Source: an uncultured Bacillales bacterium
GTDB taxonomy: Bacteria; Bacillota_I; Bacilli_A; RFN20; CAG-826
Reading direction: 5' to 3'
Length of the DNA: 64,000 nucleotides
NCBI GenBank assembly: GCA_937902735.1
Contig: CALELS010000013.1
Location: forward strand, 134,523 to 198,522
Below, in pieces: positions 47,879 to 57,530 of this stretch (position 1 is the first letter of the stretch; the number at the start of each line of letters is the position of its first letter). The notes under the pieces were generated by a model. The model saw nothing but the letters and a program-made list of their open reading frames with translations, was not told where the DNA came from and ran no database searches. The translations under genes and the position numbers were made by a program.

Positions 47879-49835
47879 AGTCTGATTCTTTTAGAAGAGA
47901 ATAATCCGTCTCCATGTATGCTTCAATCAACCATTCGTCTTCTTCGCGGATGTCCATGTAAACAGATTTGATTGGATCAACCGTTTTGCTTACATAATAG
48001 TCAATCCAGCTTTGAACTCTTTCTCCACCGAGTCCTTTTTTCTTCTCTACTCTAGTATTTTTAAGAATCTTATATCCATCGTCTTTACAATACATTAAGA
48101 ACGTTTTCTCGTTTGGTATCTTTCTTCCGTCTTTGTCTAATTCAAAGGATCCGCTTGAATCCTTTTTGAAATGTGGAACTCCGGTTTCAATTATTAATGT
48201 TGTAACAACAGTAGAAGCAGAGACTCCAAATGTTCCATCAGCAAGAGAGAAAGACGCTAGTAAGGTGTTATTCTCTAGTAAATCTTTATGAAATTGTGTT
48301 GCGTCAAAACCATTAGACTTTGAGCTGCCTATCGCAAACACATAAGGTAAAATCACTGCAAAAAGGCTACCTTTTGGCAATATTTCGCATCCTTTTAAAA
48401 CTAATTTTGCGGCTACAGCATTGTCTTTTCCACCAAATGGCGGATTCATACATGCTCCCACTTTGTAGTTTGAATTATAAGACGGAATTAAGTCATTAAC
48501 ACTCGTAAGTTTTAACATATCACCGTTCAATGCTTGGATTAAATTCAAGCCTATAATTCTGAGAGTGGTTATATAAAACAGATAAATATAGTCTTCGCTT
48601 TCAATTCCAGACACCTTATTTCCATTTACACCACCATAGTTATTGATAATGTGAAGCAAATAAGAAAGTGTAAAGTTTCCAAACCCACTGCAAAATTCAA
48701 CAAAGAAATCATCTTCTTTTAAATCTAACAGCTTAACCATAAAAGTAGTAATGTTGGCTGGCGTTGAGATAATGCTGTTTTTACCGTTCTTGTGGATATA
48801 GATGTACTTATAAATTGTTTCAGAAATCAGGAGTTTGTCTTCGTTTGTTCCGTAACTAATAATTGGGAACACTTTATTAGCTAAATCCTTTAAAAAATCC
48901 AACAATGAGTAGATAGAACTATCCAACTCTTTTTTGGTTTTCATCGATGTACACGTTGATTTAATTAACGAAGTAACAGAAATCTTATTACTTGTATTGG
49001 TGAAAGAATATTTGTCTATTTCTCCTCCAGTTCTCACAATAACGGTTTGCATTTCATCAATTATGGAAACGATGGAGTCACTATCATACATGCCAGTAAC
49101 TACGTTTTTTCTAAAATCATCGTTAAACAAGGCCAAAATACATGTGTTAATAAACAATAGAGAATCCTTAACTTCTGTATACTTAATGTGTTGATTTAAT
49201 GAACTAATAATGCCTTCTATTCTGCTATCAACATCGTTCACGCCGAAAGAACGCTTCGCAGTAGAACTTGGCGCCACGCTATAGCTTGATAATAAATTTG
49301 GATGATAATCAGGACTATCTTTCCATTTTGAATAAGTATCGTATTTTTTATAGTCAATTAGTGTAACAACTTCAGAACAATCCAGTTCATTAAGAGAACA
49401 ATAAACTAAGTAATCTATGTGATTTGATTCGCTATTAACTTCTTGAGCTGCTAAAGCATAGAGTTGATGCTCAATTGCTTTTGATTTTTCGTCCTTATAC
49501 TTATCAGGGGCTTTTAGTTCGATGAACATGAAAATATCGTTACTATGTGGCTTGTAAACAATAATGTCAATTCTAGCTTTCTTTTTACTTGGTCTGCCAA
49601 TCGAGTACTCTTTTTCAAAAGCAATATCAGCCATATCATATCCAAGTTCGTTAACCAATTTGGTTACAACATAAGCTCTAACATATTCTTCATCTCCGGG
49701 GAGTTTAGTAATTGTTCTACTATCCCTCCTTGCTCCATATTGAATCTCGTCCTTAGAGAAATCAAAAGAAGTAATCGCTGGATTGCTAGGCCATTGCTTA
49801 AGATATTCTTCTACAAGCTTTCTAAACGATTCCAT
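47814..49835 (-). CDS. Fused restriction-modification subunit (BcgIA-like): N-terminal HsdR_N-type PD-(D/E)xK nuclease + gamma-class N6-adenine MTase
   Basis: ARIDIIVY...FMFIELKAP (D...ELK); MTase motifs FVEFCSGFGNF (I) and GACMNPPFGG (IV). GAGGAGG RBS. Confidence 0.7.
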   Translation of the reverse strand: MESFRKLVEEYLKQWPSNPAITSFDFSKDEIQYGARRDSRTITKLPGDEEYVRAYVVTKLVNELGYDMADIAFEKEYSIGRPSKKKARIDIIVYKPHSNDIFMFIELKAPDKYKDEKSKAIEHQLYALAAQEVNSESNHIDYLVYCSLNELDCSEVVTLIDYKKYDTYSKWKDSPDYHPNLLSSYSVAPSSTAKRSFGVNDVDSRIEGIISSLNQHIKYTEVKDSLLFINTCILALFNDDFRKNVVTGMYDSDSIVSIIDEMQTVIVRTGGEIDKYSFTNTSNKISVTSLIKSTCTSMKTKKELDSSIYSLLDFLKDLANKVFPIISYGTNEDKLLISETIYKYIYIHKNGKNSIISTPANITTFMVKLLDLKEDDFFVEFCSGFGNFTLSYLLHIINNYGGVNGNKVSGIESEDYIYLFYITTLRIIGLNLIQALNGDMLKLTSVNDLIPSYNSNYKVGACMNPPFGGKDNAVAAKLVLKGCEILPKGSLFAVILPYVFAIGSSKSNGFDATQFHKDLLENNTLLASFSLADGTFGVSASTVVTTLIIETGVPHFKKDSSGSFELDKDGRKIPNEKTFLMYCKDDGYKILKNTRVEKKKGLGGERVQSWIDYYVSKTVDPIKSVYMDIREEDEWLIEAYMETDYSLLKESDFEQTVRDFYAYKVKNGGVDGD

Positions 49836-50026
49836 TATTCTACCTCCTCTATGCTGTGTTTTTTAAACAAGACAGCAAGTTTTCTTTTAATTTTCATAGT
49901 TGGTTCACAGTGTTCGTTTTCCCATCTATTTACACTAATAAAAGCAACTCCCAATTCATCTGCTAATTCTGATTGGGTAAGTAACATCTTTTTTCTTAAT
50001 AATTTAATAGCTTCTGAATATTTCAT
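49835..50026 (-). CDS. Controller (C) protein-like XRE HTH regulator of the R-M operon
   Basis: LTQSELADELGVAFISVNRWENEH. Its TAA overlaps the ATG of the R-M gene (TAATG). Confidence 0.6.
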   Translation of the reverse strand: MKYSEAIKLLRKKMLLTQSELADELGVAFISVNRWENEHCEPTMKIKRKLAVLFKKHSIEEVE

Positions 50027-50087
50027 TACGTAATTTACAAATCTACTTTAATATATCACTTTTATCTCATTTCTTCATCATTGATTG

Positions 50088-50118
50088 TAATAAAAAGCCA
50101 CCTTCAGGCATGGGTGGC
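50088..50118 (-). terminator. Putative intrinsic terminator on the minus strand
   Basis: GCCACC-TTCAGGCATG-GGTGGC hairpin followed, on the minus strand, by TTTTTATT. Confidence 0.4.
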
Positions 50119-50890
50119 AACCACTACTCTTTCGGTAGTCGAATGTGCTCTAGCTTTTAACGAGCCCTAGGCACGACGCTAAACTCGATTCCACAATAAC
50201 TTAGGAACACCTATGAAGCATTCGCGACTGCTTAAGATATATTTTACATATCTTTCATAAACAAATCATCATTATCGATCACTTTTTTTCACATTTTTGT
50301 ATAAAATGACGTTATTTTTATAAAAATAATGCTTTTTTATAGTAATTGAATTGCTTTTTGGTAAATTTCTACAACGCATCAATTGTTCAAATTTTATTAG
50401 TAATAATAAATTATATGTGAAGCGTTATGTGGCTTCAGAGGAGAACTACATATTAGTTGTAGCTTATAAAAAGCTAATAATCAAAACTGGATGATGAAAA
50501 ACAAAACCAGCACATGATGTGACTAGAGGCCTATGTACGTTCAGGGATGTCAGGTTAACGCTGAAAACTGTAGGTCTTTCATTATGGCTACCGAATATTA
50601 GTCCAAAGTATCGGATGGCTAACTGATTTGGATAAATCTAGTCCGGCGCGCACCTACGGATTAGTGGGCGATGACATTGGCGGAAACGTTCTACACTACT
50701 ACGAAAAGTTGCATGAGTTATGCTTTGCAACGCGTAGGGCGTTTCTATTGGACTATTGGACCTATTGGACAAGATTGGAGAAAATTTATGAACATTTCAA
50801 AGAAAAGAGAACACTGGATAGAGATGACGAGAGATGCAAAAGACATTATGAGAAAGATTAATCGAATTAAAAAATATGGAGGACCGGATA

Positions 50891-51286
50891 ATGAAAAAGA
50901 TAACAGACGTAATAAAGAAAAAAGAAACAAAGGCAATCATTCTGGTAGACGAATCGTTAATAGCAGAAAATGAAGACACTTATAGAAGATTCTTTGAATT
51001 ATATAATAGTTTTACCAAAGGTAATAATATTTATAAAATTGACTGGAAACATGATTTTTACGTCGTAAATATGAAAAATGTTAAGCAACTTATGAATACC
51101 ATTGATGATATTTCCGAAAAAATAAAACCCTCACAAGTATTGTTTCTTAGCCAAACAATATATGAGGATGTTTTAAGGTATTATGATAACGCCGCACCGT
51201 ATTTTGAATTAATGGCTAGAGCAAGCAATAGGATGATAGTCATTAGTAATTTACTGTTGGAGATGTATAAATTAAACGATTGCTAA
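50891..51286 (+). CDS. Hypothetical protein
   Basis: GGAGGACCGGATA-ATG RBS; no motif. Confidence 0.45.
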   Translation: MKKITDVIKKKETKAIILVDESLIAENEDTYRRFFELYNSFTKGNNIYKIDWKHDFYVVNMKNVKQLMNTIDDISEKIKPSQVLFLSQTIYEDVLRYYDNAAPYFELMARASNRMIVISNLLLEMYKLNDC

Positions 51287-51945
51287 AGCAACTTAAACAT
51301 ATTTGCTTGGGCAATATCATCAATTTTTAAAAGGATAAAGAGAATAAAATGTATTGGTAAATTGAATGAAGGTAGATCACAGAAAGAATAATCAACCTTG
51401 AGTCGAATTGAATCAACGAGCTCATTCAATTGCAATTCACTAAATTTAGTAAGGTCAGCATTTTTCGACTTTAAAATAGAACTCGTGCTTGTTTCTAAAG
51501 CTAAAAATTCTAAACAGCGAGGAAAAATACTTGGGTTTAATCTCCATAAAGCAGTGAATGGAGCAGTATAGATGAAAGTATTTATGGAAGGTAATTCTTG
51601 CTCAAGAAAATTTATAGCAGTCTCAGAAGGTAAATTAGCTATTCGTTTAGTGGTTAAATATTTATATTGAATTGTTGCATGTTTACCTTTGGCAATCGTG
51701 TTTGCATATTTGAATAATTTAGTGTACTCAGGATTGTTTTTAAAAGCACCTTGAAGGAACAAAGTATATACATCGTAAGCATACTTATCCAAAAGATCCA
51801 TATGGTCACCTGATGCTAAAATCAGACAAGCTCTCCTATTTTTCTTTGTGCCACCATATGTAAGCCTTATTTTGTTTTGCTTGCAGTATGCTTCAAGCCA
51901 CAATAATCGAAAATGATTATTATCTCTCATATTTTTCTCCTTCAA
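51283..51945 (-). CDS. Hypothetical protein
   Basis: ORF only. Confidence 0.4.
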   Translation of the reverse strand: MKEKNMRDNNHFRLLWLEAYCKQNKIRLTYGGTKKNRRACLILASGDHMDLLDKYAYDVYTLFLQGAFKNNPEYTKLFKYANTIAKGKHATIQYKYLTTKRIANLPSETAINFLEQELPSINTFIYTAPFTALWRLNPSIFPRCLEFLALETSTSSILKSKNADLTKFSELQLNELVDSIRLKVDYSFCDLPSFNLPIHFILFILLKIDDIAQANMFKLL

Positions 51946-52018
51946 AAAGCAATGTCAAAATCGGTGTTCTCGCTTATATATTATCATACTGACTATAAGT
52001 CAAAGGAGATAATTTATA

Positions 52019-52756
52019 ATGAAACATTCATCAAAATCTATTTTAATGTGGCTTTCAAAAAAGAACAAAGGAGACTGGTTAGGGATATTTAAAGATATCC
52101 AAAATAAGACCGAGATACCAGACGAAATTGATGTCAGCAACGATTACGATTGTGTAACAATTTTAGACCCACAATATAGCAATAAGCTACGTCAATGTTG
52201 GCATCCACCATTCGTGTTATGGCACCTCGGAGACCTTAATTTATTGAACGAGCCAAACATCATGTGTGTCTGTGGACAAAATAGTCCTAATAAAGACACG
52301 ATCAACTTAATTAAGCATATTTGCGATAGCTACGTAATCATAAATGGCGACGACTCTGCTTTGGAAAGAGTCGCTCTTCAAACCGCTATGGCTGAAGGCA
52401 AAAAATTTATCATGGTATTGAATCAAAGCCTCTACAATATCGATTACGATGACACACTAATTCAATACGCAATCCATAACGGATGTTTACTTCTCTCGGA
52501 ATATGGTTGGGAAGATCCTGACGACATCGAGAAAAGTGAAAACGAAAAACAACGTATCATAGGTTTCTTAGCTGATAAGATGCTTGTGACAAGTGCATCA
52601 AGAAACAATATGAGACTTAAATTATTAATCGACGAGTGCCTTAGCAAAGGCTCTGACCTTTTTGCCTTGCCTGCACCGCCATTCAAGGGAGAACTCACCA
52701 ACGATTTACTAAGGGATGGGGCTATCCTTGTTAATAAAAATTCAGATATTTTCTAA
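52019..52756 (+). CDS. DprA/Smf-like Rossmann (SLOG-superfamily) protein, divergent
   Basis: GCLLLSEYG..., QRIIGFLADKMLVTSASRNN and GSDLFALPAPP parallel the DprA motifs (llSEyp, RNRiiagLs..vvea, vfavPG). Confidence 0.45.
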   Translation: MKHSSKSILMWLSKKNKGDWLGIFKDIQNKTEIPDEIDVSNDYDCVTILDPQYSNKLRQCWHPPFVLWHLGDLNLLNEPNIMCVCGQNSPNKDTINLIKHICDSYVIINGDDSALERVALQTAMAEGKKFIMVLNQSLYNIDYDDTLIQYAIHNGCLLLSEYGWEDPDDIEKSENEKQRIIGFLADKMLVTSASRNNMRLKLLIDECLSKGSDLFALPAPPFKGELTNDLLRDGAILVNKNSDIF

Positions 52757-52777
52757 AGAAAGGAGGCAAACTCTTAA

Positions 52778-53209
52778 ATGTTACCATGTTGTTGTGTTAA
52801 GCGTTTATTAACGGTTCTAGAAGCCAAGCCAAGACCAAACCGAAAGGTAAAAACAGCTATCTATTGTTCAAATACAGCTGATGTCGATGGATTAGGACGC
52901 TATGTTAAGCAATATTTAACTGATGAGTCCTATATTTCTCGTAATCAATATTGGTTTGACTACGATAACGAAAACGTTTACATAGATAAAAGCGACAACC
53001 ATAAGATGTTCAATTATGTTATTGCACAAAATTATGAAATAATTTTCATGATGGTAGGTGATGACGAAGAAGAATTGATGGATATTGTGAATCAATTACC
53101 TGATAGTAATAACACCGTATTCATTACTATGGACTGTAAGCTTAGAAGTTATCAATTTCTAGATACAAATAATAGACCTAGACAATTAAAACGTAAGGCA
53201 AGCGATTAG
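52778..53209 (+). CDS. Hypothetical protein, partner of the SLOG-like gene
   Basis: AAAGGAGG RBS; TAIYCSNTADVDG... could be a small Rossmann-like domain (speculative). Confidence 0.4.
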   Translation: MLPCCCVKRLLTVLEAKPRPNRKVKTAIYCSNTADVDGLGRYVKQYLTDESYISRNQYWFDYDNENVYIDKSDNHKMFNYVIAQNYEIIFMMVGDDEEELMDIVNQLPDSNNTVFITMDCKLRSYQFLDTNNRPRQLKRKASD

Positions 53210-53546
53210 GCTTGTCTTTTTAAATATTTAAGAGCTACTGCTATGAAAAAATATCCAATTCAAAGAAGAAATACAGGACAGCACAACAATAATTTTATTG
53301 TTCCTGTTACTAAACCCAATATCCAAATCCCAAATGCCTTTGGTGTGCTGTCTGAAGGTTCCAGGTTTAGAGATCATAATATCGCTGGCCAGATTTACAC
53401 CAGAATAGATCTCCAAGATAAAAACGGAAACAGAATGAGTATCCATCAAAGACAGCAGGTGTTGAATTTGGTAAACAACACTAGGAATTTCTTTCATGTT
53501 AGCGATGGAGCAAATAATCGTAGACAGAATATAAGGAGGTTTAGAC

Positions 53547-53822
53547 ATGTCAAACGATAAATTATCACAATTAGTCAAGGACTACATTGAAGTTGATTCC
53601 GAGATTAAGGCTAATCAATTATTAGCCGATGAAATCAGAACTCAAATCAAAAATGAGATGGCAGAAAGAGGTTTAGAAGAGATTGAGGTCGACTCATTTC
53701 TTGTTAAATCTCGCTCACAACTCGTATCTGTGTTTGACACAAAGAAATTCAAGGAGATGTTACCACAAATTTATGGACAGTTCCTTAAACAAGTCAGCCG
53801 TTCTCAGTTTTCTATTAGCTAA
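53547..53822 (+). CDS. Small coiled-coil protein
   Basis: Perfect TAAGGAGG RBS 8 nt before the ATG. Confidence 0.5.
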   Translation: MSNDKLSQLVKDYIEVDSEIKANQLLADEIRTQIKNEMAERGLEEIEVDSFLVKSRSQLVSVFDTKKFKEMLPQIYGQFLKQVSRSQFSIS

Positions 53823-54343
53823 TACCGGCAAATCTCGTATACCGGCAAATATTACGGCGGTATCAAAAATTATGGAAAACAAGCCCCGTAAGCCTCTCCG
53901 GTTGTAACGATTATCATTCCAAAAAAAGATAAAAATTACGTCATGAGGGGCTACGGTGCTTAGATTTTACACAATTTAGCGAGTATATCTCTCGCGCGCA
54001 CGCGTATGCGCGCAAATATTTATATATGTACAACTTCAAATGCGTAAATCGCTCTTTGTATTAAATAAAAAAGAGCCACCAACAAATTCATTAGTCAGAT
54101 GACTCTGGCTGGAAAAGAGGACCTTGCAATGACAAGAACAACATTAAATTTTCCTGATGATGACGGTGGCATCAATTCAGGAGCAACAAACAAAACCACC
54201 AAAATAAAATTCAATGAAGACGCTTTGTGCAGAGCTTTTATCAGAAAATTCTGCACATTAGGTTATCTAACCTCTTCCGAAACGGGAGAAATGCTAGGCC
54301 GAATTGGCGGCACTAACTATCCAAGAGTGTAGAGGTATTAATA

Positions 54344-56080
54344 ATGAAAGAAGTTAAGGTGATAGCCCCCGTTAAAGACGAGGGCTCTTTAAATGACGGA
54401 TCAAAAGAAATGCCAAAAAGAAGAGTCGCAGCGTATGCTCGTGTCTCTACTGGAAGCGAAGAACAAGCAACATCGTTTGAGAATCAAGTAAGCTATTGGG
54501 AAAAATGGATCTCCGAACAAAAGGACTGCGAATTAGTCAAGGTATATGCGGATCACGGAAAAAGTGGCACCTCCACAAAAAAGAGAGTGTCCTTCAACGA
54601 AATGATTCGTGATGCCCTTGATGGAAAAATAGACCTCATTGTATGTAAATCTATTTCTCGTTTTGCTAGAAACACCCTAGACTCCATCGCTACCGTCAGA
54701 CAGCTTAAAGCGGTTGGAGTTGAAGTTTATTTTGATAACGAACACTTATGGTCGCTAAAAGCAGGGAGTGAATTCACACTCACCGTTTTATCATCTATGG
54801 CGCAAGAAGAATCAAGGCATATTTCAGAAAACATCACATGGGCATTTCGCAAAAAGATGCAAGATGGAAAGCCTTTTGTCTGCACAACCAGATTCCTCGG
54901 ATATGATAAAAACGAAGCGGGCGATCAACTCGTTGTAAACAAAGACGAGGCAGTAATTGTTAAATTGATTTTTGATTTATACGATTCAGGAATTGGCTGT
55001 TTGAGAATTTGCAACGAGCTAATGAGACGTGGATATAGAACAGTCACAGGAAATGTTTTTTGGCATACATCAGTAATAATGGACATTCTAAGAAATGAAA
55101 AATATTGTGGTGATTTAATGCTCCAAAAGACATATACATTCGATTACCTCACCCATACGAGAAGAGATAATGACAATGTGCTTCCAAAATATTATGTAAA
55201 GGATGCGCACGAAGCTATCGTTCCTCGTGACCAATGGAAAAGAGTCCAAGCAAGAATCAAGGACAGTTATGAATCGATTGTCGGGCCAAATTTTGATAAG
55301 AGCAAGCACAACAACAAATATCCTTTAAGCGGTGCCATGATTTGCCAAAACTGTGGACACACATACAAAAGAAGAATATGGAATTCAAAGCATGATACCG
55401 CTAAAAAATATGTTTATCAGTGCACTCATTACGTCATAAAAGACGAAAAAGGAGAAACTTGCCACAGCAAACCAATCGGCGAAACAACAGCACATGAGAT
55501 TTGCTGTGATGTCATCAATAACGTCTATCTAAAAAACAGCAGAATATTTAGCAAAATGACTAATCTCATTCAAAGCACATTCAAACTTGATAAAATTGAG
55601 TCCGAAAAACGCAAATTATCGAGAATTAAAGAGGATTTGAGTGAGAAAATTGATGTTTTGATGGTTGAAAGACTAGATGCCAAGAATCTCGAACTTAAAG
55701 AAAAAATAGACAAGAAATACCAACAGTTACTCGATCAATATGAACATATCGATAATGAGTTAGCTTATCTTACCCAACGCGAAATAGTTGCTAATAACAG
55801 CAAAAGCAGAATGGATAAGATGTTAGCTGTTTTAAACAAAAATAAAGTTACTCCAGATATGCTCACAAGAGAAATGGTAGACGTCTTCTTTTATAAAATA
55901 TTTGTATCAACTTCTTCAGAACTAACATTTGTAATTGACACATCACACACTCTTACACTCGAAAAATTAATCGAGAAGAGAGAAGAGATTGCCAATTATG
56001 AATCGATTTACAGTTCAGAGAAAGCTGATAGAGAATCTAGATTTAAAAATATCGTGAAATATAAGGTAGTTTTAGTCTAG
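54344..56080 (+). CDS. Large serine recombinase (paralog of 22042..23781)
   Basis: VAAYARVSTGSEEQATSFENQ; same domain order as the first recombinase; ~45% identical by eye. Confidence 0.9.
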   Translation: MKEVKVIAPVKDEGSLNDGSKEMPKRRVAAYARVSTGSEEQATSFENQVSYWEKWISEQKDCELVKVYADHGKSGTSTKKRVSFNEMIRDALDGKIDLIVCKSISRFARNTLDSIATVRQLKAVGVEVYFDNEHLWSLKAGSEFTLTVLSSMAQEESRHISENITWAFRKKMQDGKPFVCTTRFLGYDKNEAGDQLVVNKDEAVIVKLIFDLYDSGIGCLRICNELMRRGYRTVTGNVFWHTSVIMDILRNEKYCGDLMLQKTYTFDYLTHTRRDNDNVLPKYYVKDAHEAIVPRDQWKRVQARIKDSYESIVGPNFDKSKHNNKYPLSGAMICQNCGHTYKRRIWNSKHDTAKKYVYQCTHYVIKDEKGETCHSKPIGETTAHEICCDVINNVYLKNSRIFSKMTNLIQSTFKLDKIESEKRKLSRIKEDLSEKIDVLMVERLDAKNLELKEKIDKKYQQLLDQYEHIDNELAYLTQREIVANNSKSRMDKMLAVLNKNKVTPDMLTREMVDVFFYKIFVSTSSELTFVIDTSHTLTLEKLIEKREEIANYESIYSSEKADRESRFKNIVKYKVVLV

Positions 56081-56089
56081 CGTTATAAG

Positions 56090-56115
56090 ACAGTATCTTC
56101 GATACTGTTTTTTTA
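56090..56115 (+). terminator. Intrinsic terminator
   Basis: ACAGTATC-TTC-GATACTGT perfect 8-bp stem followed by TTTTTTT, 10 nt after the recombinase stop. It overlaps the convergent rlmD stop. Confidence 0.65.
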
Positions 56116-57471
56116 TTGTTTGTCCTTGCGATATAGTCCTACTATAGTTTCCACATGATATGTCATAGGGAATAAATCTACAGCATGTACTCTTTCGATA
56201 TTGTATTTAGTTGTTAACTTAACCAAATTTTCTCCAAGTGTTTCAGGATTACAAGAAATATAAACAATTCTTTTTGGAGCAACTTCTAATAAAGAATCTA
56301 TAAATTTATCATCAAGTCCCTTACGTGGAGGATCGACAAAAACACAATCAAATTTATGTCCTTCTTCTTTATATCTTTTTAAGAAATTAGAAGCATCATC
56401 ACAATAGAATTTAGCGTTAGCTATATTGTTAATCTTTGCATTATCTTTGGCATTCTTAATTGCATCATCTATTATTTCTACACCTACTACTGATTTACAT
56501 TGTCTTGAAGCAATTAAACCAATAGTGCCTATTCCACAATAAGCATCTAACACTTCATCATCTTTACTTAAGTTAGCTTCTTTAATTGCTAAATCATATA
56601 ATTTTTCAACTTGGATAGGATTTACTTGATAGAAAGATTTGGATGAAATTCTAAACAAAACACCCAATATAGAGTCTTTAATATAAGATGTTCCATATAA
56701 TGTCCTACATTTATCACCTAGTATGACATTTGTATGTCTACTATTAATATTTTGAACAACTGATTTGATACTAGGATGAAGTTCTACTAAAGCCTTTATA
56801 AAAGCGTTCTTACTTTTAAATTCATCCTTGGTTGTTACTAAGGTAACCATTATTTCATCAAAGTGATATGAAGTTCTAATTAATATATGTCTTATTAAGC
56901 CAGTCCCTTTATCTTCGTCATATGGTTCTAGATGAAATTCTTTCATTAGTTTTTTAATTGTCACAATGATTTCACTTGCTTTAGCATTTTCAATATAACA
57001 TTTAACAATTGGAATGATTTCGTGGGAGTTCTGACGGTAAAATCCACTAATAAGGCGGCCATGAGAATCTTTTCCTAATGGCACTTGAATCTTATTACGA
57101 TATTCATATGGATAGTCCATCCCAATAGCAGGACTAACTTCATATTCTTTTTTAAGATGTCTACGTAAAGCATCTTTTACTTTGTTGGTTTTATATTCAA
57201 GTTGAGCTTTGTAATCTAGTTGTTGAAATTGACATCCTCCACAGGCAGTGCACACTCCACAGAGAGGTTGAATACGGTCTTTGGATTTAGTAATTAGATG
57301 ATGTACTTTACCAAAAAGTGCTCCATTGCGACGATACAAAACTTTTACATCAGCTTCTTCACCTATAAATAGGCCATCAACAAAAACAATACCAATATCA
57401 GATTTAAGAACGCCTTTACCTTCGAATGAAAGGTCAATACATTTTCCTCTTACAATCTCAAACTTGTTCAT
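56113..57471 (-). CDS. rlmD: 23S rRNA (uracil-C5)-methyltransferase RlmD/RumA family (TRAM + Fe-S + SAM MTase)
   Basis: CGVCTACGGC Fe-S cluster motif, DAYCGIGTIG (motif I), VDPPRKG (motif IV). Confidence 0.85.
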   Translation of the reverse strand: MNKFEIVRGKCIDLSFEGKGVLKSDIGIVFVDGLFIGEEADVKVLYRRNGALFGKVHHLITKSKDRIQPLCGVCTACGGCQFQQLDYKAQLEYKTNKVKDALRRHLKKEYEVSPAIGMDYPYEYRNKIQVPLGKDSHGRLISGFYRQNSHEIIPIVKCYIENAKASEIIVTIKKLMKEFHLEPYDEDKGTGLIRHILIRTSYHFDEIMVTLVTTKDEFKSKNAFIKALVELHPSIKSVVQNINSRHTNVILGDKCRTLYGTSYIKDSILGVLFRISSKSFYQVNPIQVEKLYDLAIKEANLSKDDEVLDAYCGIGTIGLIASRQCKSVVGVEIIDDAIKNAKDNAKINNIANAKFYCDDASNFLKRYKEEGHKFDCVFVDPPRKGLDDKFIDSLLEVAPKRIVYISCNPETLGENLVKLTTKYNIERVHAVDLFPMTYHVETIVGLYRKDKQ

Positions 57472-57530
57472 AGCACATATTATCGCACATATATTACGTA
57501 TTTATAAAAGAAATATGCTAGACTAGGTGT

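Noticed and set aside
50130-50650. tmRNA / RNase P / SRP RNA / tRNA in the GC-rich spacer
   Set aside because: No T-loop GGTTCGA-type motif, no 3' CCA-proximal acceptor pairing, and no RNase P (AGGAAAGTCCGG) or SRP (GGAAGGAAGCAGCC) conserved cores were found. Kept only as an unexplained structured region.
50628-50973. Overlapping plus-strand ORFs 50628..50861 and 50671..50973, and minus-strand ORFs 50745..50979
   Set aside because: No RBS, mutually overlapping frames, and the region forms the leader/RBS of ORF 50891. Treated as noncoding.
53228-53578. Mutually exclusive ORFs 53243..53560 (+) and 53228..53578 (-)
   Set aside because: Neither has a convincing RBS. The plus one is low-complexity and R/N-rich, the minus one hydrophobic. 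Cannot decide from sequence, so neither is called as a feature.
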